NCBI GenBank assembly: GCA_003344405.1
Contig: NOWV01000158.1
Span: 62,001 to 126,000, forward strand
From: Trichoplax sp. H2
Taxonomy: Eukaryota
DNA length: 64,000 nucleotides
Direction of reading: 5' to 3'
Both the position numbers and the translations under genes were made by a program. Under the pieces are notes generated by a model. It saw only the letters and a list, made by a program, of their open reading frames with translations. It ran no database searches and was not told the origin of the DNA. Each line of letters opens with the position of its first letter. Positions within the stretch are counted from its first letter, which is position 1. Below, piece after piece: positions 50,798 to 64,000 of the stretch.

Positions 50798-53640
50798 GTA
50801 AGATTATAATTTATAATGCTCTGTGCTAGAAAAAATAATTGAATACTAGTGATAACTACAATTACGAATATGATTCAAACACATTGATCTAGTTTGGATA
50901 TTATTTTTGATGCTCTGTTGCTTAAACTGTTGATTTATGAGATTATTTTTTAATTGATGCCCTGCTTGCAACTAAATCTTCGATAAGGTACGGGTAATCC
51001 TAATGATTCTGAATCTGTTTTTCAATACCAAAGGGGAACATACGCATATCATAGTAAATGGAATATGGCTATCAATTTCATTTATCTTTGCGTATTATTG
51101 ATTAAACCGGCAGTTAGTCCATCTTGGTTACGATACTTGTTTTAATTTTTGAGTGTACAAATCTAACGCGCATTGTCAACTTAATTAATTGACCCTAAGA
51201 GTAGCGAGAATAGGAATAATTAAGATCTTGTTATGTTTTCAAGCCTCATGAAGCTATTCAGAGATTTTGTATCATGCGTTCGCGAAATGCTTATATACTC
51301 GTATAAATAATGAGATAAGTTATAAATGAACTGATTGACCCTTTGCTATTTTTACAATATCTACAGCCAATAATGGCTTATTTTGCTTATAAGTTATTCG
51401 AAGAATATCTGTCAATCTGTAATAGAATAGAAAACCTAGAGTATTCTTCACTTTTTAGATTCATAAGACTATTACTGTCTATGTTGACTTTTAAAATGAT
51501 GATAATAATATAATGCTTAGGGTATTTCGCAACTGATAAGTTTGAGTTGTCATTCTGATCCAATTTCTTAACAAAACATCGTTCTTTACCAATATGGAAA
51601 AGTCTATTCCTAAGCAATAAGAAAAATTCAAAACTACCTTACAACGTTACGAACAAATTTACGGCATTTTAAATTTGTAAGATGGCAGGGGCGCATGCAC
51701 ATTGCTATCTAATAAGACTAGTTTTGTTTTAGAATTTTTTCCTGCCTATTGGAATAGTCTTGTACCGATGCAAATTGTATGACAGTATCGACAGCTTAGT
51801 AATGTATTCAAAACATGGAGAAATATTCTATAAAATGGAAGAAAATGTGCGAGTGATTTCTTTATTTCATTTCTTAGTGTATTATCGAGCTTAAAATTTT
51901 GAAATCTATCGTAACATGTACGGTACATAAAATTCCTTATCCAGTATTGATAAGTAAAATAAATATACTCCATTCTTTGATATTTTCTATCAATCTTATT
52001 ATAACAATGTTATTTTGTATAAATTCAATCTTGTCTAGTACATTTTACTGGAAAGTCTATAGTTCTTGTAGGTCTGATTCTAGTGACAACTAGACATTTT
52101 GTTATTAATTCTATAACATTGGCCGTGGGCGTAGTTGCTGCGTAACAGAAACAGAATGAATTTCTTTTTCTAATACTGTACTTTCAAATCCTTTTTAAGC
52201 TTGAGCTGTGATCAATAGATCCATGCCCCTATCAATAGCTTATGAATCTTAAATATTTTGCGATCAAGCATTAGCAAATGTATTTTTCATCAACATGTAG
52301 ATTGTAGAATTTACCTTTCGAAAAAGCTGGGCTATTTGAAAAATTAGCGTATTTTTTAAGTCATTATAAGATCAACTTTAAAAAGAATCAAACACAAACA
52401 AAGGAAGAACTCTTTTACTCTTTAAATTCAATTTGTACATTGTTATGAGAGATGAATTATCGCCTTCTCCTAATCACCAATACAATTTCAAATGATCATA
52501 ACTAGACTTATTTCTAGGAACCGCTTGAAATGACCGGATAGTAATTGAATTTAATATACGTCGATTGGATAAATTTATAGCATCTGTTACTATTATACCT
52601 ACACGGGAATAATGGATTTCTTTGAGGGTAATCATTCACTGAGCATCATACATTGACATCAATTATTTCACTTTGATTTATATAGTAGTGACAATTGATG
52701 TAAATGAAGAGAACGGTTGCGAAACCTTTAAAATGTCAAAAGTTGACTAGGTCGTCGTTGCTATTCAACTAGGGGAAAAGTCCTGTATTAAAATAGCCAT
52801 TTTCTTCTCAATAGCATTGATTTTGTAATAATCTACTGGCACTAACTAATACCGAATATTAATTATTGAAGAATTTGGATACTTTGAATGACTATATAAC
52901 ATTCAATGCAATATCATCTCACATCACCTTTAGTATACATGTTTTAATAGCACACGAGTTTTCTGCATTTACGATCGAAATAATATGCCGAAAAGATCAG
53001 ATTTAGATAACACTATTTTAGATAGAAACTGACAGATCTATTAGTTTGAATTCTTTTGATAGAAAATAAACTCCAGATCGAAGGATTTAGTAGTAAGTTA
53101 TCGCATGCACGATCAAATTGTCAAGACTACTCGGCCAACTTCAAAGCGTCGTTTTCTTCTCTCAACAGTACGGTAGCTATTAATCGGTCATAGGGATTAT
53201 TTAGGCTAGATTCTGTAAACACGTCAATTTCTAACTGCAAGAATTTACAAATTTATCGTAATGAAATAGCACTTCTCTTTACGATAAAGTTTCGCAATGA
53301 ATTTGCTACACAAATAGCTACTGTTTTTTAACACCAGTGGCCATCAATATAATCGCAGAATTTAGTTAAACTACGTTAGTAAACTGTCTATTTCTTATTG
53401 GAAAGAACATATGGCTGCATTAATGATTTGGAGACGTAACTTGGATTCATTTAATCTAATGCTCATCTTCGAATAATCACATCAACATTTAGTATGGTAA
53501 AATTGCTTACAGATAAGGATTTCACTCTGTATAAATGAAATTAATCAAAATTATTTAACTGAAAGATTATTTAAGTTTACACAAGTCTACACCATATATA
53601 CCGTATAGGCGTATACTGTACAGGGGTCTAATGCTTAGAT

Positions 53641-53674
53641 AACCGTCAGTAAAGCGACGGGAGTTTGCACTAGT
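53641..53674 (+). mobile_element. Helitron 3' terminus (hairpin + CTAG|T)
   Basis: CCGTCAGTAAAGCGACGG hairpin, 9-nt spacer, CTAG (53670-53673) followed by T. A near-identical copy is at 59829-59862. The 5' end was not located. Confidence 0.65.
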
Positions 53675-56600
53675 ATATCTCTAAATTACATTAAAAAATC
53701 AGGTATAGTTTCATGATTAAGATCCTACAGTATTATCTAGTATATGTACCATTGTAATCTTGGAATAAATATATCAGATCCCTTAAGTATTGAATCTTTA
53801 TCCAATAGTAGTTCAAGATCTCGAATTATTTAAAACTAATCTTTCAATAGTTACTTTGTCTAAGTTAAGATCGCTACTAAATTGATGATGTACTTGCAGA
53901 TAGCAAAAGTTGGATGTTTTTATTAAGTTGTAAGGTATCGATTTTATATTACAATTTCCGCCGCGTTTGTATTACTGTAGAATCTATCAACACTAAATCG
54001 ATGACAATATTCGCTGTTCTTGATAATAAGTTACTCGTATTTAGATTTAAGATGTTACGAGAATTTACGATGTTAATATAATTCGTTCATCAGCTAATAT
54101 CAATTCTTGTACTTAGTTTTACAATTTTGGAACTGTTAAAAGTTGTTGATACAGTTCCAATTACTAACAATTACATTTGATGAGACATTGATGGAAGAAG
54201 GATCTGAATGTGATTGGTCTAGGTATCAATCTTGCTAATTTGCGATTTTATTGTGTTCTTTTAATATACTTGACTGTCTTTCAGTTATATAGAGGTCGGT
54301 TCAGTAATTTATTCTATGTTTAAAATAAATTTAGTGATTATAAAATAAAGTTATTAGAATGGATTTGTTCGATAGTGTCCACATTATCGAATGAACGTTC
54401 TTCTTATCTAATCAAATTATCAAATCAATAGTAAGCTTCAATTTGTATCCTTGAGATGGAAATAACCTATTCCCAAGCCTGAAATTAATAAGTTTCATCG
54501 GTAGCATTGATGGACCCATTTTAATTCTTAAGAATGAATGATACTTGAGATATGTAATGGAGTTGACTAATTTTCGATGTTATTTACTTTATATTAGTGA
54601 TAACGTAACCTTAAAACCTTGTTTCTGCTAGTGAAAAATATTTGAGACATCGTACTGTTGGATGAAACATTGTATAGCAGGTTGGCTGTCAGCAGTTAAG
54701 ACTAGTACCAACTAAATGAATAACAGGCTTTCAATCTTATAGCCTAAGTTACGACAGATTCTTACAACATTAGATCGCTTAATTCCATTACAAAAGAAAA
54801 GTACATGGAATTATAAGTAAATCAAGAGTAGTCAAGAAGAATTGTATTGTATAGATTCCTGATAGAAATGAAAACATAATAAACATTAAACAGTCGATGC
54901 AACACACCATAAGTATTTCTTCTTAATTTTTTCTATTGATGAGATAATAGTAAGTTCGCCATTGGATCGAGAGCTTCTTCATGCTAAATAACCTCCAGTA
55001 ATGAAATTATACTGAATTATTGAGATAAAAATAGTGAGCAGTACTCTTAGATATGACATCTTAATTCAATAGAGAATTCATACTAAAGAGAAAAGAAGTA
55101 ATAAGTTTAATAGAATAATGGGTTTTCACATGGTAGTATTTATGTTCCACTGCATAATGACAGCGAATAAACTTCACTTGTTGCTCCGCATTATGCTCTC
55201 TGGATGGGTCTAATTTTAAATTATTGAACGTTCAGTGGAGAAATATAGATGCTCCTACCAATGTTGGAGTTTTCAATACCGATCAACTTAAACTCAATCT
55301 CTAAGTTAAACTCTAACTTCAATTTAATAGTCAACCAAGATATAGTTATTATATTATTAATTGCATCCTGATGATTCCTAACTACATTTTTAATTTATTA
55401 TAGTCTTGTTATAGAATTATTAGTAACTTAGCGATTTATGATAACTTGTTACAAAATTATTTTCTCTACTAAGCCAAATACAACTAGTGAAAGACTTCTA
55501 GAAAGAACAACCAGATAGTCTAATATCAATTGCTTTTATGCTCTCCGCAGCCTTCGCAGCTATAACCAGCATAGCAACATTTTACCTTATTTTATACATA
55601 ATCGAGTAAATATTAGTAACATCATTTTATAGCGAACCATTATTAGTCCAATATGGAAACGATTACAGTATTTTCGTAGACATTATTCCTACCACTCAAA
55701 GTACAATGAACTAAGCATATCCTAATATATAATTTACAGTTCTATTGTGACCTTTACAGCTTATTAGTAGCTCAACATCTTACTGTATATAGTCATCCGC
55801 ACTCTAGCATAGAGTCTACCATAACAGTGTATAATTATGGGCTACTAAATATATCATAAGATAGATATAGAAACGACACTATCGTGTATCATATTTAACA
55901 TGGCTACTAGTCTTCAATCATAGTACTAAGTTACTCTACACTAGTACATTATAAACAAGGTTTGAGCGGAATCATAACAAGTTCATTAAGGAAATAGAAT
56001 ATGAGAGCAATAGATCTGGGGTGTCTAATGTTAAGAATAATATTCCAAATGCACATGCCAAAAACGTTGCTTTTGAAGTACCGTATGTCGCTCAGTGATT
56101 CGGTATTATTTTAATATCATTCAATATTTGCACACTAAAATATTAGAATGTTATTGAATTAATGGATAAACACTTTACACCCTATATGCATTACAGGCGT
56201 TCTAGAAGGAATTTTAATCTAATAAAGCACACTGTTGTGCTATGGGGTCGACATTAGAACCAATAACCGTATCTTATAATTCAGCTAATTGACATATCAA
56301 CTAAATTTCAATAATAATTTGTTCTTGCTTTATTTAATGTAAAAAGGAATTGATAAAGAAAGAAAATTTAATGGAAAAATATGGATATAGTTACATTTTA
56401 GCTATTAGATTTTTATGATTATTGATTACCTATAATGAATATCAGATAAAGCAAAAGGAAATAAATGATTCGCAGATGAATTTGTCTGTTGATATATTGA
56501 GTACAGCACTTAATAATTGATATATCGAACGGATGTAGAGACTTGACGAACATAGAAGAACTGTAGATGAAAAAGCCAATAAAGTGTATAGAACTAGAGT

Positions 56601-57382
56601 ATGTAGATTTATACGTAAAGGTACAATAATTCATATATGAGTATAGTAGATGTTTTTAAGTAGTAGCCGCTATACTAATAATTTAGACGTTATACTTAAA
56701 TATTTATGTGGTCATTGCCTTTAATGTACATTTAAACGAATTTAAAATGGGAGTAGATAAATACGGGCTATGTGTCGATAGTATAATTTATGAGTGTCAT
56801 ATACTGCAGATATTTTATAGAATATTAGCCTACAAGTTATGCATGTTACAGTAGGTTTGATTACTTTAGATGTAAGTTTTCCGATAATTATCTTGCAGTA
56901 AACCAGTAAAATCCCATTAAACTGCATTCAGAAATAAACACAAATACAATAAGTAACAGAAGTACAAGATTTTTTACTTTAATAATTAATCTTTAATATC
57001 GATCAATGTCATGCACCGGAATCACATGACTAGCAATTCTTATAATGTTTGCATGGTAATTTACAATTTTTTACCTTATTAGTATTGAACTGCACTTAAA
57101 TACAAATGTATTTTAGTCTTAATAAAATATATAGTATTAAATTAGCAATAAAAAAAAAGAAAAATTATGTTACTTAATATAAAAGATGTAGTTGAGGGGT
57201 TAGCTTGATAAGCCATAGATTGACTACTGTGGACGCAATTCTACACATCCTAAATTAGCTATCAACATTTGATTCACGCTTTAGACGAAAGAAAATATTT
57301 TTAATCCTTACTAACGCAACAATACTACATCCGCGGCAGCGAATAGACAAAAGTAGAGCTTGGATTAATTTTTTATTTGGAA

Positions 57383-60300
57383 ATGAATAGCCCAAATAGT
57401 ATTCGCTTGAAACTGGTGCCTAAAGGCTACAGGGAAATTAAGATCAAGGGCATACCAGCTAGCAATTATATGAAAAGATTACTTCAGTTTAATATTACTA
57501 CAACCGCTACCGCTGTTGTCATGATTGTTATTGCTGCCATAATGTTACATGATCCTAATGCTGTTATTCATACCCTTGGAGTGATATCGGTTGGCCATTG
57601 CTTTTTGGTTGGAATACCGGTAAGTTCATACATTCAGCTAACATAGAACAGAGTAAATAATTGGTTATATGAATCGGTTAGCATTATTTTATGATCACTT
57701 TATAGAAGATAGGTCAGTTTAGCATTTTTACTATGGTGAAAATTTATGCTTTTAAGGTCTTGAAAGGTTAGATTAACTACTAAGCTCTTAAACAAATACG
57801 GAGGTAGTAAATTCTCCGCTGGCTATCACATATGCTTGCAGCTAGAGTAAAATTTGTCACTCTATTATTCTATACTTCTTTAGAACCTCTGACTAGAGCA
57901 AAAGTTAGAGTAGAATTTTCTTTTTTAATTTCCTTTCAATACCGATTGTTTTTAATACTCACTGCTGCATGAAAGAAGAGTATCATTATTTCTGTCAAAT
58001 CTGTGTTGCCTTGAATTCAAACGCAAATTGAATTTTAAATTACTGTAAGGTCATACAAATAGTTAATTCAGATTTTAAATGTGGCTGATACTCTTAGTAA
58101 TAGTACTTTGAGATCCAATTTCTAAAGATTGAAATTGTTATATAGTTTCCGAAAATTTCATTTTTAAATTTTAAGGAGTTTAAAACAAGGCAATATTTCT
58201 ATCAAATGCCTGCTTGGAGGCTCACGTTTAGTTTATACGCTTCACCAGACTTTGATTCTATGCATATCATATCCGTAATTCACTGTAATGCAGTTTCGTT
58301 GCAATTTTTCTATGGCATTTTACCGATTAATAATAAATAAATGATGGTGGAAACTATCGACTTATCAATTGAAGACTGGGATACTCTAAAGATTAACGCG
58401 TTGAAATAATCTTCTTTCGTTTTTACCGCAGGTTTTAATCTCTAACTTTATTGGATTAATTATTGGAGGCAGTAATCACTTCAAAAGATCATGGGTAAAT
58501 AATTTTAGGTCCATTTTAATAACTTAATGTTAAATGAAATTTGGTCAAGGACGTAAAAGTTCTTTTTATATAGTCACAGTCAATATTCTACAATAGCAGA
58601 TAAAGGAATCAGTCATTAAAGTACCTTAAAGATTCATAAAGATCGCATTATCTAAGATTACTTATGAATGTCCGTCCAAAAAGTACTATTTGATAATAAA
58701 TTGTATTATTAGTCATTGTATAAGAAGGTTCAACCATAACGTTAAGTAAATATTAAGCTATACATAGTATTTGATCATTGGATGATAATTTCCTAGAGAT
58801 CGCATACGGTTAGAGGTCTTGCTATAGTATTACTACGCAATTGAGGCAAAGAATTAGGATTGGTTAGCCAATAATTTATCTTAGAGAAGTGATTAAAATG
58901 AGCTAAACGTCGTCAAATTACTGCTTGTTACTACATAATCAAAACCAGAAACTTTTAAAATAAAAGAACTATTATATTTATAGATCATCCAGTTGCCAAT
59001 TTACTAGTAGAACGGAAATACTAACATTATTGTACTTTATTAAACAGTTATAATTCATAAAGTAGTTCTAATCGTTGCGAATGAAAATATGTTCAAATTA
59101 AAAATTTTGAATTTCAATTTAACTTTCTGACCATACTTTTGAATATACTTTAGAACATATAGCATACAAAATTAGTATCGCGTAGTATAATTTTGTAGCA
59201 CCTTTTCATATAATATTGCTAAATGAAATTATACTATAAAGCATAATAAAACTGAGATATTTAACGTAGTATAACTGTTTGTTAGATATAAGTAGATGCC
59301 TTTTAATGGCGAGTCAGTCATGTCATGCAAGTAATTAAACATTTAAAAGTAATTAAAAATGGAACAAGTATTGGTGTAGTTATGTTTTCTTTGTAGCAAA
59401 TCTCTCTGTAATTTGTGGTAGTGTCATAGATTCCGTTGTTGCGAGAATTAAATATTATTATCACGAGTATATCCTTTTCATGTTATAGTATGAGCAAAAT
59501 TTCATATCCTTTATACGTATCTGGAAGTATTTGACCTCTGCTAATCTCATTTACACATTCTCTTTAAGACGAAATGTTATTTTAATACATTTCAGTTTTC
59601 ACGACTCTTAAGTATATTATTTGGTAGCAATATTAGAAGAGCAGATAAATTTTTAACACATGCACTATTAACTAAAGCATAAAATTCTTGGGATATTGCT
59701 ATGATAGGTAAAATNNNNNNNNNNNNNNNNNNNNNNNNNNNNNNNNNNNNNNNNNNNNNNNNNNACTGAACCTCTGACAGGTCTACGACAAATGGTAACA
59801 CTATCTGTTAAATGAGCACATTATCGTAAACCGTCAGCAAAGCGACGGGAGTTTGCACTAGTGATACTGAAATTCAATCTAACTATGATATTGACTAGCG
59901 ATCGCCGATATTCAGTAGTGATGACTGATTCAGTGATAGCCGTAATCTTATTCACTTCAGATATGGAATTTCGGACTAATAGTTTAATACTGCAGCTAAA
60001 ACTCTCTAACATTTTTTGTTTCTNNNNNNNNNNNNNNNNNNNNTCATAAAGTAGTTCTAATCGTTGCGAATGAAAATTTGTTCAAATTAAAAATTTTGAA
60101 TTTCAATTTAACTTTCTGACCATACTTTTGAATATACTTCAGAACATATAGCATACAAAATTAGTATCGCGTAGTATAATTTTGTAGCACCTTTTCATAT
60201 AATATTGTTAAATGAAATTATGCAATAAAGCATAATAAAACTGAGATATTTGACGTAGTATAACCGTTTGTTAGATATAAGTAGATGCCTTTTAATGGCG

Positions 60301-61457
60301 AGTCAGTCATGTCATGGAAGTAATTAATAAAATATAACTATAGAATACAATAGAGATTAATGCAGTTACAGAACATTTACTCATTTGTTTATAAAAGCTT
60401 CAGGTATTTAATAAGGTAGAGGTTAAACGGGATTGGATATCTTTTTTTCCTATTTTTTATATTATGAAATGCCATAGAACCTCTTAAATTTACCTGATCA
60501 ATTATATAAACGAAGCACCTACTTTCGTTAAACTATTTCAATATCCCTTAAACATTTAAAAGTAATTAAAAATGGAACAGATATTGGTGTAGTTATGCTT
60601 TCTTTGTAGCAAATCTCTCGGTAAGTTGTAGTAGTGTCATAGATTCCGTTGTTGTGAGAATTAAATATTATTGTCACGAGTATATCCCTTTCATGTTATA
60701 GTATGAGCAAAATTTCATATCCTTTATACGTATCTGGAAGTACTTGACCTCTGCTAATCTCATTTACTCATTCTCTTCCAGATGAAATGTTATTTTAATA
60801 CATTTCAGTTTTCACGACTCTTAAGTATATTATTTGGTATCAATATTAGAACAACAGATAAATTTTTAACACTTGCACTATTAACTAAAGCATAAAATTC
60901 TTGGGATATTGCTATGATAGGTAAAATCCCATTCCGTTGTAGTTTTTATGACAATAATGGCCATTATTGGAGGTTTGGTGATGGTGATTATTAATTTATC
61001 AAGGCTACACCTAATACCAGAGTATATACAAAGTCGAGATGGTGCTCAGCTCGTTAATATTCGATCGATGAAAATTGGTACAGAAATAATTAATATTATG
61101 TCAATGTGTGCCTATGTCAGTTATGCCATGATATTTTGCCAGATCTTAAAAGTATATCGGAAACTTTATATTTATTATTCAAGGCATCAAATCGCAAAAT
61201 TACCGGTAATTAAAACTGATCATAGATCACATAGTAAATATATTCTGGAACTACTCACACAATTTTCACTTAACTTTTATATAACTATTTCATTTATTCT
61301 TATGTATTCGGTATATAGCGATTGCAAGCAGTATAAGGTTGGAAAATTCGAGAAAAAATTGAAGATGCTTCTGATTGTTTATTACTTGCGTTTTATGAGT
61401 AATGAAATCATCCAAATGATAATGATTACTATTTTGACGAATTTGCATCGAAAATAG
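57383..61457 (+). CDS. Four-transmembrane CD20/MS4A-like protein (paralogue 2), ~278 aa
   Basis: Exons 57383-57619, 58432-58494 (63 nt) and 60921-61457, all phase 0. Junction peptides CFLVGIP|VLISNFIGLII...KRSW|VKSHSVVVF mirror paralogue 1 (YWTAGP|VLILAIVALII...SSRN|VKIQSWLVV). Four hydrophobic segments are present. The C-terminal extent is uncertain, and intron 2 spans the assembly gaps. Confidence 0.65.
59055..60927. repeat. Near-identical direct duplication flanking two N gaps (59055-59714 vs 60044-60927); probably an uncollapsed haplotype
   Basis: The copies match almost base for base with scattered substitutions. Copy 2 has an extra 224 bp (60328-60551) bounded by TTAA. Both inner ends abut N runs (59715-59764, 60024-60043). 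Confidence 0.85.
59829..59862 (+). mobile_element. Helitron 3' terminus (hairpin + CTAG|T), second copy
   Basis: AACCGTCAGCAAAGCGACGGGAGTTTGCACTAGT; one substitution relative to 53641-53674. Confidence 0.65.
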
Positions 61458-62740
61458 CTGATTTTACTCTCACTGGTATTCTAAATTCACTTTTCGTACA
61501 ATAGTTAAAAAGGAATTTATATATTTAAGCGATGCTCGACACATTTCTTCCTTTTAGAATTGCAACTGATGATAAAGTATTCTCTTAAAGCCATCATCTA
61601 TTCGATAGCTACTGTTTTTTCAATTGCTGCTATACGAATTTAGCTATAACGTTAAAGTTGGTCACTAAATTTTAAAGAATAGCAATCTTTGTGTTTGAAA
61701 ATTGATTTTAGTGGTACTTTACTTCTGAAATGTGATACCGTATAAAATCTATCAATTTAAGATTTGGGCTAGTAGTCATACTAATGAACAGCCTTTTGTT
61801 AAGATTATGATGTTAAGCCGAATTAATTTAAGGCATTTCGATTTACATCAAATATATTTCATATATTAAACAATATATCACATTAGACTAATAATCATTT
61901 AAGCTGCATGGTACTAGCATTATTTCATAATGATAAAATATATTTACTCGATTAGTGCTACTTAGAACATCTCATCTGTATCTTTATTGATTTAAATAAA
62001 ATATTTAAGAACAGTTTCGTTATCGATAATAAATAAAATATCAATAATTTACCCGTTACTTGCAGATAATATCTTTTATATACAAGTTAGTATCGAGCAG
62101 TATGGTAACTCTAAAGGGGTTAGTAATATTGATTTACTAATGGACAGATGCCGACGCAGTATGTAAGAGAGGATAACGTATGATTACGTTATTTTATTCG
62201 TGAAACATAAAATATGTACAAGGAATATCATTTATTTTAATCAGATATTCAGTTAATGATACTAAATGCTTACTTTAAGTTTATACCATATGGAAATCCA
62301 GATATCGCAAATCTCGTTCTAAAGCATGTGTTGCATGCACTGATAAGCTAGAAAATAGACATGATAACCTATGGTAAAGTATCATTTTAAGGCCGCTTAC
62401 ACCATTATTCAAAGGGCACAATTTTTATCTTTGCCAACTATATAACAACTATGGTGTAGGTGTTAATAGTACTCTGTTATTTTCTATGCTTTAGCCAAAT
62501 TTATTTATTGTAGTATTCATTATTCAAGCATCATTCTGGCTGGCCAGTAAAATGATGACGTTACGATAGAGTTATTTGTTTTAATTAAAGATTTTACTTT
62601 TAGAAATTTAAGGATCGTAGATAATCAACTAATAAGTGAATTCATTTATATTCAAATATTTTCATAGCTATCAAGAATGCATCTTTGCCATATTACCATG
62701 ATTGATTATTAAATTAAGAATTAATTAAATTAAAAGCTTT

Positions 62741-62817
62741 AATTACAGTAGTCGCAATTCAGCGGAAAAATTCATTACCAAATCACGATAGGTAAATTTT
62801 TTCCGTTGTAATGTAAT
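62741..62817. repeat. Short imperfect inverted repeat / MITE remnant
   Basis: cagcggaaaaatt..tacc pairs with ggtaaattttttccgttg, with outer aattaca/tgtaatt arms. The left arm contains TACAGTAGTCGC, similar to the terminus of the 31261 element. Confidence 0.35.
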
Positions 62818-64000
62818 TTATTTAATAAAAGAACTGAATAGATGCTGAAATATGGTATGGTGCTCTTTGCCATTAGTTCTCATATGTCGACTTTATTATT
62901 AGTGCAATTATTAGACAAATAAATCGAATAGTACTGCTATCCCATCTCTTTTAAAAGCTTCACTCTGCAAATGATTGAGCTATAAACTTCATCAGCCACG
63001 TACTTGAAATTGGAAGGCCATTAGTTGTATTATACTCGTATAAGAAATACAGAATCTCAATTTCGACTCAAAATAAAATTTTGAATAGCCTCCATCAAAG
63101 GAAGATAAGGAAAGGGTAATTTTTATCAACATTTTTTTAAAATGAAATTGCCAAATCTGTGCAAGGTAGTATATTTGAGATTTTGAGTTGGTCAAGAATT
63201 TGAAACTAACTGGATTTTTTAACAGTGTACCAGCTATGTTAACACTTGAAATTAAATTGCTGGCATCCTTAAATCTTTGTAACATTTGCCGTATGTAGTG
63301 AATTGGTTCTAAAGCTCCTTAGTGTTACTACTGTAAAGAGGTGAAACCTCTACACCATCTTAACTGTGTTTGATACTATAATATTTTTAACAAAATAGCA
63401 TTTTTGCTAAATTTTTTCGCTATTTTCCTTAAAATTTGAAGATAAAGTGAATTCGCTTCTTACTTATCAAAATTAGTGACGATACAGCAAGTTTTTCTCG
63501 TGCATAATACAGTCTAGTAATAATATGAAATTGTACTTTAGCAATATATAAGTAATAGCGACGAATGAAGTGTCCATTTGTGGGTAGGATTTCGTTAAAT
63601 CTAACTCTATTCTGAAAGTCTAATAAGTTATAAACTCTCGGTTACGGCGTACGTAGTAATTAAGAACGGCCCAAAAATATTTCTTTCGTTAATATTGAAA
63701 AAGCTTTCCAAAATTCTGTTTACAGTAGTGTGTTAAGATCCTGAATGTTAAACCTTAATAAATTTTGTGTCAAATCTTGTTATATTATATTGACTCATAG
63801 GAGAACTAATGCCAATTTTTCTTCCCCTATGATAAGGTTTAGACATCGAAAAGCAGTAAATAAATATCGATTGAAAACATTTAAATTACAATTTGTGCAA
63901 TGGACATGGAAAATCTTCCAGAAATACAAGTACTGAATCAATCTGGTAGTGGTACTGAATCGAAAATTACTGTTACATTGTATCAACTGGTCAACTGGTG

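Noticed and set aside
46137..56927. Assorted 60-80 aa ORFs (46137, 47581, 48773, 51387, 51746, 51899, 56419, 56742)
   Set aside because: No recognisable domains or exon chains; composition is typical of random AT-rich DNA or TE debris.
62992..63986. ORFs at 62992-63285, 63745 and 63795
   Set aside because: No motifs or splice context; the sequence looks like the interior of a non-autonomous DNA transposon but no TIR pair could be defined.
1..64000. CRISPR arrays, tRNA/rRNA/snRNA genes, bacterial contamination
   Set aside because: No regularly spaced identical short repeats and no RNA-gene signatures were recognised by eye, and all genes have spliceosomal introns. A tRNAscan/Infernal run would be needed to exclude small RNA genes.

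Overview
Eukaryotic, AT-rich genomic DNA with many short GT-AG introns and two N gaps. The gene content and compact introns suggest an early-branching animal such as a placozoan (inference only). From left to right: (1) the 3' seven exons of an eIF4G-family gene (MA3 + W2 domains, +, ends at 1611); (2) a decayed Sel1-repeat pseudogene (-, ~3.8-5.7 kb); (3) a degenerate ~250-280 bp tandem repeat, followed by a compact promoter with two RFX X-box matches, a CRE-like site and an inverted CCAAT box; (4) a complete rootletin (CROCC) gene with 20 coding exons (+, 16503-29622, ~2060 aa by my exon assembly); (5) a gene-poor, transposon-debris-rich right half with solo LTRs (one with a perfect 5-bp target-site duplication), a PPT+LTR junction, two near-identical Helitron 3' ends, small TIR elements and a decayed Sushi/CCP exon; (6) two divergent four-TM CD20/MS4A-like paralogues (38112-39447 and 57383-61457) that share an identically sized 63-nt phase-0 exon. 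A near-identical duplication around the N gaps at 59-61 kb is probably an uncollapsed haplotype. I see no rRNA, tRNA or CRISPR, and no clearly new multi-gene system. The best leads are the X-box/CRE/CCAAT ciliary promoter module and the MS4A-like pair. All calls come from manual reading; no searches were run.
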